From Octopus sinensis (Eukaryota), in contig NC_042998.1 in assembly GCF_006345805.1 (NCBI RefSeq), forward strand, positions 199,702,001 through 199,766,000: a stretch of 64,000 nucleotides of DNA, written 5' to 3'. The first letter of the stretch is position 1; each line of letters opens with the position of its first letter. A model generated the notes under the pieces. It was not told where the DNA came from. It made no database searches and was given only the letters and a program-made list of their open reading frames with translations. Position numbers and translations under genes: made by a program. Of this stretch, positions 25,866 through 39,344 are shown one piece after another.

Positions 25866-26010
25866 AAGGCGTGGACATTTTAAAATCGTTAGCACACCGA
25901 ACAAAAGTTTTAGCGGCATTTTGTCTGTGTTTACGTTTTGAGTTCAAGCATCACCGGGGTCGAATTTGCCTTTCATCCCCTCGAGGTCAATAAAACAGGT
26001 ACTAGATGAA
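25866..26010 (+). mobile_element. SINE family A, diverged 5' part
   Basis: cgttagcacaccg..gagttcaag..tttgcctttcatccc..ggtcaataaaacaggtac. Confidence 0.7.
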
Positions 26011-26019
26011 CGCCTGAGT

Positions 26020-26243
26020 CTCTCTTTACTCTTTACGCTCTTTTACTTGTTTCAGTCATGTGACTGTGGCCATGCTGGAGCACCGCCTTTAGTCTCTTTT
26101 TGCCGAACTGCTAAGTTACGGGGACGTAAACACACCACCATCGGTTGTCAAGCGATGTTGGGGGAAGAAACACAGACACACAAGCATACACACACACACA
26201 CACACACACACACCACACATATATATATTATATATATATATAC

Positions 26244-26276
<33 letters not shown>

Positions 26277-26448
26277 CATATATACGACAGGCGTCTTTCA
26301 TTTCCATCTACCGGATCCACTCACAAGGCTTTGGTCGGCCCGGGGCTATAGCAGAAGACACTTGCCCAAGGTGCCACCCAGTGGGAATGAACCTGGAACA
26401 ATGCGGTTGGTAAGCAAGCTACTTACCACACAGCCACTCCTGCGCCTA
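26020..26448 (-). mobile_element. SINE family B with internal deletion
   Basis: Same head and tail as 17198-17600, lacking ~55 bp after caccgcctttagtc. Confidence 0.85.
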
Positions 26449-27380
26449 TGTAATTTTAGTAAATATTTTTGCGTATTGTTTGGTTTCCTAATATAGTAGA
26501 TATTCTATACCAACGAAGTGTAATACGTATGATTTTGCTATATTTTGTTATCTATTTTAACTGTTTTCTATACCTTATAATTATCTTTCACACGAAAAAA
26601 AAACCCCTCCTTAGTACGTATTTTGGGTTAATACATACAACCTACTAGATGATAATTTTAATATATTTTAGTTGTTTTGTAATACTGTTTGCGCCAAATA
26701 ATTTTCTATCCCGTTCCAATTATCAGTTTTCCTACTTTTATTAATTTGATATTTTTCATAATCTGTTATTAATTGAAATTAGTCCTTAAAAGTGAAAATA
26801 CAATTCAATTATATTTATAGATTCGATTTTTAATTTAATCAGAATTCAATATTTCTTACAAGACAGAATAATGTAGAAGCCATCTAAGAATTAATTTCAT
26901 AGTATTTTATATATCGTGAACTATTCCTCTATAAACTAAACAATATAAATATGAAGCTTAAATAATAAAAGCGAACGCTATATATTCTGCTGTCTTTGTT
27001 CTTTATATTAACTGTTTCTGTGTAACACATTTATTTTCCAACTATCAAATTCAGGGACTTTGTTCCTATTGATGTTTTCAGCCTTGAAATATTACATATT
27101 TGCTCGGCATGTTTCTATATATTTCAATTTATTAATTCCTTCGGCGGTAATCTTTCTCCAGCTACTATAAAATAAGCGAAACCTCTAACAATTTACGACG
27201 GATATTTTCAATATTAACTTTCGAAATATATAAGTCAGGTTTCTTTGGATAAAAAAGTATTTAACGATATTATCGTGCTGAGTTCTGAATTCACAATATA
27301 ACTTCATATCGTTTATATCCACCACGAAACACTATATATATATAATTATATATATATATATATATATAATATATATATAT

Positions 27381-27590
27381 ACTCTCTTTTACTCTTTTAG
27401 TTGTTTCAGTCATTTGACTGTGGCCATGCTGGAGCACCGACTTTTGTCGGCCAAATCGACCCCAGGACTTATTCTTTGTAAGCCTAGTACTTATTCTATC
27501 GGTGTCTTTTGCCGAACCCCTTGGTTACGTGGACGTAAACTCACCAGCATCGGTTGTCATGCAATTTTGGGGAGCCAAACACAGACACAC
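27381..27590 (-). mobile_element. SINE family B, 3' half
   Basis: Tail and body match family B. Head absent. Confidence 0.8.
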
Positions 27591-28509
27591 ACACACACAC
27601 ATGTGCACACACCACACACACACACACGGAAACTACATAAACCATACCCACATATATACACACACACACAAACGCATACTGAATACCAACACACGAAAAA
27701 CGCATATTCACACACATCCACACACATCCTCATCCACACATGCCCACACCCATACATATGCACCCTCAAACACATACGGTTGCTCACATACAGACGCACA
27801 CATACACGCACACGAACAAACACATATACACACACACTCATGTACACGCACACTTATATGTTCGTCTTCGCTATAAGACTGCCGCTACGCTTCCTCTTCG
27901 GATTATAGCATAGCGTTTTTCAGAATTTTCACACGAATTCATCTAAAATATCTCCACAGAGCTTGATTCGCACTTACTATGAACTATATATGGACAAACT
28001 CATTTTCTGTGAGTACGATACTTCTCATCACATCTCCAAGAATCCAACTTTATTCAATAAGGATATATTCACACCCTAACTTTTGTCTTCATTTTCTGGA
28101 AAACTAAGAGGTTTTGAAAAGACTTTTTATAAACCTGATATATGACTGTGTAATACTAACTGAAATCTTAGAAACCAATTAGTTATCTAAATTTTCGACT
28201 TTTATAGAACTCTCCATGATGTTTCATAATTGTAACATTACCCCCTTTGATGTTTGGAAATCTCGGATGTTTTTTCGGCTGATGAGTACGAGCCATCTAT
28301 ATTTACTGCAATTTTTGTAGCTTTATTAAAGATGTCTTCGTACGAAACAATTGTACCGATATTTTGATCCATTCTTGTTGCTTTTTTCCTAATTGTAATC
28401 ACCCCACTTTATCGTATGGTTAACACCATATAGATTTCTGGTGCATCCAAGTCAAGTAGCATATTCTTGTGAATTCAATAGAACTCATTGAATCTTAATT
28501 GCTTAAACC

Positions 28510-28580
<71 letters not shown>

Positions 28581-28899
28581 TTTATATATCTAATCAAGTA
28601 TCCTTCGCCCGAAGAGTAGCCACACGCACATATACATAGTTGTGTGTGTAAGTGTGTTTTATTATCTTTTTTTATAATAACGAAAACAACGGCAGTCATA
28701 AAAGATAGTAATACAGGTTGGTGGATTGTATTTTGACTAGTATTTCAATATTTGAGAGTTAAGAACATTTTTCGGAAAAGCTTCGGAGACAATTACTGTT
28801 TGCTGACTTGTCTATCCTGTCAGTAGTGTGTATATGTATGAAGATTTGTTTTGCATTTCTAGAGTAGCCAGTCAGCTGCGTGCAGTTGGAATCTGTTAC

Positions 28900-29145
28900 T
28901 AAATATGGGTTACACTTGTAAATTAAGATGCTTATTTTATTTTCAACTTACCCATGTTTTCTCTCGGTTACTTCAATGGAAACCAAAATGTTTTGGGTGT
29001 AGCATTTCTGTAGCTGTTTTGTTTATTTTTCTCCCCGTTCAGCTATTTTTTAACGTGTATGTACACTTCACTCATGGCACTTCCAATGTAGAATTCATTA
29101 CATTTTCTACATGTGATATTACACCCGGCATACGACCGTAGACAT
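28900..29145 (-). mobile_element. PLE GIY-YIG endonuclease fragment
   Basis: Frameshifted VV.R..ITCRKCNEFYIGSAMSEV..HVK resembles the GIY-YIG motif of PLEs. Confidence 0.55.
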
Positions 29146-29340
29146 ATAATCTTTGGCTGGGCAGTTGCACAATAAATAATTGCTGTTGTTTTGTCTAGGC
29201 CTATCCTTAGTTAGGACCTTCCTTGGGGAAAGTCTGTAGAGTGCTAGCCGTATGCTCATTCTTTCCTACAGATCTCACGGCAAATTGCATCAGTAGTTCA
29301 TTCGTTAAAATATGACACTTTCAACAAACACACACACACG

Positions 29341-29393
<53 letters not shown>

Positions 29394-29409
29394 CAGCGTT
29401 TGTGTGTGA

Positions 29410-29479
<70 letters not shown>

Positions 29480-29516
29480 CTATTTACTATATCTATCTAT
29501 CTATCTATTTATTCTA

Positions 29517-29563
<47 letters not shown>

Positions 29564-29993
29564 ATATATATATATATATTATATATATATATATACATAT
29601 ATATAGTACACGAGATATGTTTTATAATGTATTTAGCTATACCATCCTACGTAGATTACGTTTACGCTGACATGATATAAATATTGGTCAAACAAAGTAA
29701 GTTACACAATCAAGACATCTTAGAAGATGTTCTGTTCACAGAATCAACTATTAATAACATGGAATACTCCAAAACTTCATTTTAAAATTTGTGCAACGTT
29801 CTCTTCTCCACATAGAAAATCGAATTATGAGCCAGAACACACCGCCGTGCCTAGAATAAATTGATAGTTATATTAATACCAATATTGGCATATCCTGCTG
29901 CATTTTGCTTGTATATCCTAGCAGTTATATTAGATTACATATTCCAGTACAAACAAAATCGTAAATGTGTACACACACGTAACTATCTATCTC

Positions 29994-30105
<112 letters not shown>

Positions 30106-30260
30106 CCTCTCTATCTATCTACTTATCTATCTATCTGTTTCATTCTGCCTGTGTATATATATATATATATATAATATATATATATACACAAATTTTTATA
30201 TGTTTGTATAAATATGTAGCATACAAACATAACACACACACAACACCCACATACACACAC

Positions 30261-30309
<49 letters not shown>

Positions 30310-31228
30310 TTATATATTTGTATAAATATGTATTCATACACACATAAACACACACACACATGCCAACACATACACATATACAAACACAGTATGTCCAATG
30401 ATAGAAGATCTTAGTTCTATACTAGTGTAAATGAAAAATAAGACAATGATAATAGAAAGCATTTCTAAAAGAAAACTATTCGAAGAGTAGAGCGAAACAA
30501 GTAAAAACCGAAAAATAAATGGCAGAAAACCAAAACGCAAAACAAAATCGTCAAAAACAAACACCGGAATCTGCAACATTAAGCATTCTAATGAACTAGA
30601 ATCGACTTTTGTTTAGACAACAATAAATATTTACTGTTACTCTATTTCCTTTCAGACATGGTATTTGTAGGAGTTGATCACGACGCGTGCAACTTGTAGC
30701 TTATTATCAAGACGAAGAAGTTTACTTTTGAATACAATATAATAACAGGTAGTTTACTTCAATTAGGCTGAAAGTACATGTCACAGCGCTTGTTCACGCG
30801 CATTTAATCAAATTGCCATCAACGAGTGCTCCACTCTTTATTATTTTTTTTTTTCATCTATGATTTTCTTGAGAGATTAAATAAGTAAATGATGATTGCA
30901 AGAAAAGATAAATTTTACATTCAGTCAATGCGTGTAGTGTAAACAAAGATTGTATCCTTTATGGAAAGTGTCAGTTAATTTTCTAAGATATTCACTGGAG
31001 TATCATTGTAATGTTTTATATCTGTTTCTCTCTGTTTCTGTCTCTATGTCCCTCTCCCTCTCTCTCTTTCTCTCCCTGTATATACATATCATGCATATAT
31101 CTATGGTTGTATATATGGTGTGCATTCAAGTATGATATTTGTCTTTTAGTACATGTCTGTATATATATATATATATATATATACGTACATTGATACATAC
31201 CACATACACGTCTCTCTATATAATATAT

Positions 31229-31264
<36 letters not shown>

Positions 31265-31284
31265 GGTAGCAGCAGCTATAGGAA

Positions 31285-31322
<38 letters not shown>

Positions 31323-31426
31323 ATAGTAGTAGTAGGACTATATTATTATTATTATTATTATTATCATTATTAGTAGTTGTAGTAGTAGTAGTAGTAGTGG
31401 TGGTGGTGGTGGTGGTGGTGGTGGAG

Positions 31427-31469
<43 letters not shown>

Positions 31470-31515
31470 CAGCAGTAGTAGTAGTAGTGGCAGTAGCAGC
31501 AGCAGCAGCAATAAC
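31265..31515. repeat. Compound trinucleotide repeat (AGT/ATT/GGT/GCA)
   Basis: Directly visible. Confidence 0.95.
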
Positions 31516-31834
31516 AACAGTCGTGGTAAACGTGGAAAGCAGTGTTGCAAGTATAATATATTTTGCTTAGCCATGGCCACCTTGTGCCTGATCTGCTCAT
31601 GTTTTGATGCTGATTTGATATAGGGAAAGAAAGATAAAATTCGAGATTTATCTCTCTTATAGCACACAGTGCGCATGATCGGCAAGAGGCAGAGAATGCA
31701 TTTAACGGTTCCATTGGTGTTTTTTCAACACCCATTGCTTAAAAGTGAAAAGTATTCTCAACAGAAAATAGCAGTGTATATGGCCTTTGCACAGATCTAT
31801 TATATTGCAAACATATATGAAAGAATCTAAAAGA

Positions 31835-32289
31835 TATGTATGTATGTATGTATGCATGTATGTATGTATGTATGCATGTATGTATGTATGCATGTATGTA
31901 TGTATGCATGTATGTATGTATGTATGTATAAATGTATGCATGTATGTATGTATGTATGTATGTATGTATGAATGTATGTATGCATGTATGTATGTATGCA
32001 TGTATGTATGTATGCATGTATGTATGTATGTATGTATAAATGTATGCATGTATGTATGTATGTATGTATGTATGATGAATGTATGTATGTATGTATGATC
32101 ATGTATGTATGTAGATGTATGTATGTATGCATGTATGTATTGTATGTATGATAAATGTATGCATGTATGTATGTATGTATGTATGTATGTATGTATGTAT
32201 GTATGAATGTATGTATGTATGCATGTATGTATGTATGTATGAATGTATGTATGTATGTATGCATGTATGTATGTATGTATGAATGTATG

Positions 32290-32321
<32 letters not shown>

Positions 32322-32600
32322 AATGTATGTATGTATGTATGCATGTATGTATGTATGTATGAATGTATGTATGTATGTATGTATGCATGTATGTATGTAT
32401 GTATGAATGTATGTATGTATGTATGCATGTATGTATGTATGTATGAATGTATGTATGTATGTATGTATGTATGTATGTATGTATGTATGTATGTACGTAT
32501 GCATGTATCTATGTATGCATGTATGTATGTCTGTCTGTATGTATTATGATGTATGTATAAATGTATGTATGTATGCATGTATGTATGTATGTATGTATGT
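31835..32600. repeat. ~770-bp degenerate (ATGT)n array (duplicate at 33914-34681)
   Basis: Directly visible. It is the source of the HTYI/MYVC ORFs. Confidence 0.95.
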
Positions 32601-32680
32601 ATGCCATTGTTCAGCTTAGATATCTTGCCAAAAGAAAAAGAACCGGGTTGTAACCAAGTTCCAAAGCTCTTTCATTGGAA
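32601..32680 (-). mobile_element. Dong-type 3' terminus (homologous to 464-550), duplicate at ~34681-34760
   Basis: Reverse complement ttccaatgaaagagctttggaacttggttacaacccggttctttttcttttggcaagatatct aligns with 464-530 at roughly 80% by eye, and runs into (CATA)n. Confidence 0.75.
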
Positions 32681-33387
32681 ATTCAACAATACCAATACGG
32701 TATTTTTGTATGCATTTATACGTGCAGATTTGTATCTTTTGTTTTACGTATGTCTTCTCATGCGTAAATAACATCCATAACTCGAAGCAACATGTCCCGT
32801 ATTTGGTGTGGGAGACGATTAATAAAAAAAAAAAACGATGAATACTGTATCTATCTTTGGAGTCACAGCTATCAGCCCTATTAAATAAATGGTTAATCTT
32901 CAGATGAATTAACCGAGGGATTCTTTTGTCCAAGATCGCAGGGATTTTGGACTTAAACTTGAATTTTAAATGTATAGAGTTACTAGAAACAACATGGCAT
33001 GACACAATATCAACAATGACACAGACGAGGAACAGAATGAAAACACCAGCTGGACAAGTAAACAGATTCTTTTTAGTTGTAGTTATAGAAGATAACGGTA
33101 ATTACAATACTCATTATCATTGGAGTTATTAATTGAATACTGATTCTATTTATGTTATATTTAGTACGTATGTATGTATGACATCTCTTTACCCACTTAC
33201 TGTTCCAGTCATTTGACTGTGGCCATGTTAGAGCACCGCCTTTAGTCGAGCAGATCGACCCCAGGACTTATTCTTTGGAAGCCTAGTACTTATTCTACCG
33301 GTCCCTTGCCGAACCGTAAGTTACGGGGACGTAAACACACCACTATCTGTAGCCAAGCGATGTTGGGGCACAAACACAGATACACAA

Positions 33388-33418
<31 letters not shown>

Positions 33419-33650
33419 ATATATATTATATATATATAGTGTAATAAATAAAATATATGCATACATACAAACATATATGTACGTACCGACATATATATAT
33501 ATAATAATAAATAATATATATATATACGTACAGGACATCACAAGAAGACGAAAAAATCAACAGAACGAAAACGAGAAGACATTTTGTTACAACAGAAGGA
33601 CAGAGACGTGGAACAAGACGAAACGAAAACGAAAACGGGAAAAAACAATT

Positions 33651-33750
33651 NNNNNNNNNNNNNNNNNNNNNNNNNNNNNNNNNNNNNNNNNNNNNNNNNN
33701 NNNNNNNNNNNNNNNNNNNNNNNNNNNNNNNNNNNNNNNNNNNNNNNNNN
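33651..33750. other. Assembly gap (100 N)
   Basis: Run of n. Confidence 1.
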
Positions 33751-34366
33751 GCGCATGATCGGCAAGAGGCAGAGAATGCATTTAACGGTTCCATTGGTGT
33801 TTTTCAACACCCATTGCTTAAAAGTGAAAAGTATTCTCAACAGAAAATAGCAGTGTATATGGCCTTTGCACAGATCTATTATATTGCAAACATATATGAA
33901 AGAATCTAAAAGATATGTATGTATGTATGTATGCATGTATGTATGTAGTAGCATGTATGTATGTATGCATGTATGTATGTATGCATGTATGTATGTATGT
34001 ATGTATAAATGTATGCATGTATGTATGTATGTATGTATGTATGTATGAATGTATGTATGCATGTATGTATGTATGCATGTATGTATGTATGCATGTATGT
34101 ATGTATGTATGTATAAATGTATGCATGTATGTATGTATGTATGTATGTATGATGAATGTATGTATGTATGTATGATCATGTATGTATGTAGATGTATGTA
34201 TGTATGCATGTATGTATTGTATGTATGATAAATGTATGCATGTATGTATGTATGTATGTATGTATGTATGTATGTATGTATGAATGTATGTATGTATGCA
34301 TGTATGTATGTATGTATGAATGTATGTATGTATGTATGCATGTATGTATGTATGTATGAATGTATG

Positions 34367-34398
<32 letters not shown>

Positions 34399-35254
34399 AA
34401 TGTATGTATGTATGTATGCATGTATGTATGTATGTATGAATGTATGTATGTATGTATGTATGCATGTATGTATGTATGTATGAATGTATGTATGTATGTA
34501 TGCATGTATGTATGTATGTATGAATGTATGTATGTATGTATGTATGTATGTATGTATGTATGTATGTATGTACGTATGCATGTATCTATGTATGCATGTA
34601 TGTATGTCTGTATGTATGTATGTATGTATGTATGTATAAATGTATGTATGTATGCATGTATGTATGTATGTATGTATGTATGCCATTGTTCAGCTTAGAT
34701 ATCTTGCCAAAAGAAAAAGAACCGGGTTGTAACCAAGTTCCAAAGCTCTTTCATTGGAAATTCAACAATACCAATACGGTATTTTTGTATGCATTTATAC
34801 GTGCAGATTTGTATCTTTTGTTTTACGTATGTCTTCTCATGCGTAAATAACATCCATAACTCGAAGCAACATGTCCCGTATTTGGTGTGGGAGACGATAA
34901 TAAAAAAAACCGATGAATACTGTATCTATCTTTGGAGTCACGCTATCAGCCCTATTAAATAATGGTTAATCTTCAGATGAATTAACCGAGGGATTCTTTT
35001 GTCCAGATCGCAGGGATTTTGGACTTAAACTTGAATTTTAAATGTATAGAGTTACTAAAACAACATGGCATGACACAATATCAACAATGACACAGACGAG
35101 GAACAGAATGAAAACACCAGCTGGACAAGTAAACAGATTCTTTTTAGTTGTAGTTATAGAAGATAACGGTAATTACAATACTCATTATCCTTGGAGTTAT
35201 TAATTGAATACTGATCTATTTTACTGTTATATATGTACGTATGTATGTATGCAT

Positions 35255-35462
35255 CTCTTTTACCCACTTACTTGTTCCAGTCATTTGACTGTGGCCATGT
35301 TAGAGCACCGCCTTTAGTCGAGCAGATCGACCCCAGGACTTATTCTTTGGAAGCCTAGTACTTATTCTACCGGTCCCTTTTGCCGAACCGCTAAGTTACG
35401 GGGACGTAAACACACCACTATCTGTAGCCAAGCGATGTTGGGGCACAAACACAGATACACAA

Positions 35463-35507
<45 letters not shown>

Positions 35508-35572
35508 ATATATAGTGTAATAAATAAAATATATGCATACATACAAACATATATGTACGTACCGACATATAT

Positions 35573-35603
<31 letters not shown>

Positions 35604-36197
35604 CGTACAGGACATCACAAGAAGACGAAAAAATCAACAGAACGAAACGGAGAAGACATTTTTGTTACAACAGAAGGACAGAGACGTGGAACAAGACGAA
35701 ACGAAAACGAAAACGGGAAAAACATTATGTGCAGCAGAAAAACGAAGTACAGGACATGCTACACAAGGAAAATCCCCTTCATCAGCTGTCGCTAGCATAC
35801 ACGTGTTTCGAAGGCAGAGACAGACACGTAAGGTCAAGCTAGGCCTTCCGAGAAGAATTAAAATAAAATAAACTCGTAGAGGGGTAAACGAGCAAGAAAA
35901 AATGTAACACAAAAAGGGACGTAACAAAGAACAGCACAACAAATACATACAGAGAAAAAAAATAATACAAAATTAAAGATACATGTACACGAAAATACAT
36001 AACGAGGATTAAATTACAATACGAGAAATCAAAAATAAACAAGAGAACATATATATATATATACATATATACGACGGGCTTCTTAAAGTTTTCGTCTACC
36101 AAATCCACTCACAAGGCTTTGGTCGGCCTGAGGCTATAGTAGAGGGCACTTGCCCAAACTGCCACGCAGTGGGAATGAACCCGGTACCATGTGGTAT
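35255..36197 (-). mobile_element. SINE family B split by a ~500-bp insertion in its central microsatellite (3' half 35255-35465, head 36070-36197)
   Basis: Both halves match family B and are collinear. The 3' half is also present at 33185-33390 in the duplicate. Confidence 0.7.
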
Positions 36198-36994
36198 ACA
36201 TATACATGTTTGTATGTATATAAAATCAATAAGAGCCATTCAACTTATTTGGCCTACTTTAAGATAAAATTAAGTATAACATAACTTGGTCCATAACAAT
36301 ACACGCAAAACCATATATTATCCTTTCCAGTAAATGCCGACTCTGTTCCGAGGAATCCTTCTCTATTCTGTGGACCAACGGGATCATTAATAGAATTTCT
36401 GAAAAACCCTCAAAATGCCTACTTTCGCACAATACAGTGGGAATGAATTTGGGTACCTGTTAGCATAATTTACCTTAAGACATAGATGAATTAAATTTAG
36501 CTTTAATCCCCCCCCATTCTTATAAACACCAAGTAGAATTTTAACTCGCTATGTGAACGTATGTGCGCCAAACGACAAGTGCACGTATGCTTACATCTTC
36601 GTGAATGCATGAAGAGTGAGTCTACATGCGCCATATAATTTACGCGAGGGCGTTTATACATCTATATACGTTAACGGTTATTCGGAATACTTTTATCACT
36701 TTATTGCGTGTTCATTTCAATTTTGCATCTGTTATTTTATTATTGATCTATACAAAAGAAACTATAATCTATTAATTTGCTGTTTTTCTTTACACAAAAT
36801 GAGAAGATACATTGTGGAATTGTTATTTTCACGAGTTATATCTATTTAACACCCGAAGGGACATATCTGCGCCGTCAGATGCACCTGAACCAGTTCTAAA
36901 GTATTCCACCTGTGAGGGATCAATGCTACATGTATCGAAACAATTCTAGTGATTAGTAAAATTCCCGTATCTTCCAGCTTCCCTGTCTCATTTA

Positions 36995-37032
<38 letters not shown>

Positions 37033-37041
37033 TATATATAT

Positions 37042-37305
37042 ATTTTATTTCTAGTTTCAGCTCACGAGCTGTGGCCATGCTGGGGCCGCCATTTGGTGTT
37101 GCTACATGGTTTTACTTCACGAATGCTTTTTAGCAACTGCCATTTGTGCATGAGAGAGTTCGATGCAGCTGCCCTCATCTGCACCTCCTGCCGTGAAGTT
37201 GGTTCATCCGGGACACCTGAAAGGAAGAGATCCAGTCCTACTTTAAAGGCATCCGCATCCACCCCATGCAGGTCCCTCAGGTTCTTCGGGAGGATATTAA
37301 AATAT
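37042..37305 (-). mobile_element. CR1-type LINE 3' end
   Basis: FNILPKNLRDLHGVDADAFKVGLDLFLSGVPDEPT..RAAASNSL, then 3'UTR ggcggccccagcatggccacagctcgtgagctgaaactagaaataaaa. Confidence 0.75.
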
Positions 37306-37497
37306 ATATATTAATATGACGTAATGTAATAAATAAGTGCTCGATTTGGCTCACCTCTAACACTTCAGTTCAACAGGAAATGAAAGAAATGTGATATGGC
37401 TATCTGTCAACTATCACTAGAAGTGGTTCATCGTTGAGCAGATATACATAAACATACATACATACATATATACCTACTCACACACACATATACATAC

Positions 37498-37550
<53 letters not shown>

Positions 37551-38419
37551 AATTAGAATGAGAGTATGAACAAACAAAACATGTGGCATCACTGTAGCGC
37601 ATTTAATTTACAATTTCGCATAGCGCAGAGTAATTATATTTAGTTCTTCGATCAGTGAACTGCCAACGACTATTATCTTTTCCAGTAGATGCTTCTCAAT
37701 TCTTCAACGAACTGGTAACTTCTAACATCTTTGATTCCCTTTCTCCGATGATGGTATGATGAACTTACGTGGAAATCCTGCACTCAATAACATATGATCC
37801 ATATGTTCAGCTATTCAAAAAAAAAACAGTAGTAAGAAACTTCACGCATTAGTTCATAATCCCATCTTAATGCGGTATGCATATAAAACCTTTTCTAACT
37901 CTTCTAAAGACCGTGTTCTTTCAACATTTTGAATATTATCTCCACGTGATGCAATAAAATATAGATATTTTCTGCTACTTATTGATATTCACTCTATCTC
38001 GATATTTCATTTCTGTGTGTTTATGTGTGTGTGCATGTGTGTTTGAGTCTGTTTATCTCTCTCCCATTTTTGCTCTTTCTCTTTCGCTCTCTCCCCTTTC
38101 TCTCCCTCTCTCTATCTCCCCCTTTCTCCCCCCTCTCTCTCTCAGAACCTTAGCTGTTACTCCTTTCACAAGTAATTTCAGTACTCCTTTCTACAGTGTA
38201 TTACTAACATTGCGATTTCAGCCCCGCATTTTACACTTCTATGTGTTCAAATGAATATGTCAATGAAGCTAGATACCTTTCAATTTTGTGCTGTCTACTT
38301 TTATACGAGACCTTAGTCCCTTCTCTTTTCTTTCGTTTCGCGCTACTATTCCGTAAATGTGGCTCTTCTCTTAACTCGTGGAAAGGCTGCCAAATTTTGT
38401 ATATATGCATATTCATATA

Positions 38420-38620
38420 TAGACACAAACGTGCTTTCCAACCGTGTGGTCTTGGATTCAGTCCCACTGCATGGCACCTCGAGCATGTATCATCCACTAT
38501 TGTTCCAGTCTGACCAAAGCCTTGTGAGTGAATGTAGTTGAAAAACTGAACAAAGCCCATTACATATAGCGCTTCTCCAACATGGCCTTAGTCTAATAAC
38601 TAAAACATTTAAAAGATGAA
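38420..38620 (+). mobile_element. SINE family B, old, with central deletion
   Basis: ggattcagtcccactgcatggcacc..gaccaaagccttgtgagtg joined to tail ctccaacatggcc..taaaag. Confidence 0.65.
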
Positions 38621-38631
38621 ATCAGTACACA

Positions 38632-38703
<72 letters not shown>

Positions 38704-38715
38704 TAACAAACTGAA

Positions 38716-39149
38716 CTAGAGATAACACCAGCGTTTTAAAGTAGCAGTCATAAATGACTTAAGACCACAAATTTTCACTGAAACACAAAGGTGAAATGCG
38801 GGAATGGGTAAAAATAACCTTAAGTCTCCCCATAGAAATGACGAAACAATTCGTAAGTTGATAAGCCAGACACACCCGTATCGCATCGATTTGAAAGTTT
38901 GAGAAAGTATCACTTAATCATCCTAAGCGAGTCTTACTGACCTAAGATGATTAGGTGATATTTCACTGAGTTTGAAATCGCTGCGATACGGGTATGTCTG
39001 GCTTTTGAATTTACGATTTCTTTATCATTTGTATGGGGTTTTCAGGTTATTTTTGCTCATTACCCCGATTTAACCTTGGTGTTTTAGTGAAAATTTGTGT
39101 CTTTAAGTCATTTTTGACTGCTATTTTAGCATGGTGGTGTTATCTTTAG
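38716..39149. mobile_element. Foldback / MITE-like ~434-bp palindrome
   Basis: Arms of ~210 bp are inverted, ~80% matched by eye, with a loop of a few nt near 38933 (e.g. gccagacacacccgtatcgca / tgcgatacgggtatgtctggc). Confidence 0.85.
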
Positions 39150-39313
39150 TACCATTTATTATTAAGTAATGATTATTTAACCTTATGGATTTTTACGCAT
39201 GCTAAGCGACTGATATTGTTGTAAGCAATCGATATATATTTGATATTCTATATATAATATATATACATATATATATATAGATATTATATATATATATATA
39301 CTATATATATATC

Positions 39314-39344
<31 letters not shown>

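Larger units (their letters stand above)
31671..35725. repeat. ~2 kb tandem duplication (31671-33650 and 33751-35725) around an N gap
   Basis: Both start gcgcatgatcggcaagagg and share the satellite, unique sequence and SINE half. They differ by small indels. Confidence 0.93.

Noticed and set aside
27950-28500. piggyBac-like transposase remnant on the minus strand
   Set aside because: Only vague motif resemblance with many stops. It cannot be supported without BLASTX.
35774-35815. Complete type-II hammerhead (GAAA before CUGAUGA)
   Set aside because: The intervening stem I (tgctagcgacag) does not pair. Kept only as decayed parts.
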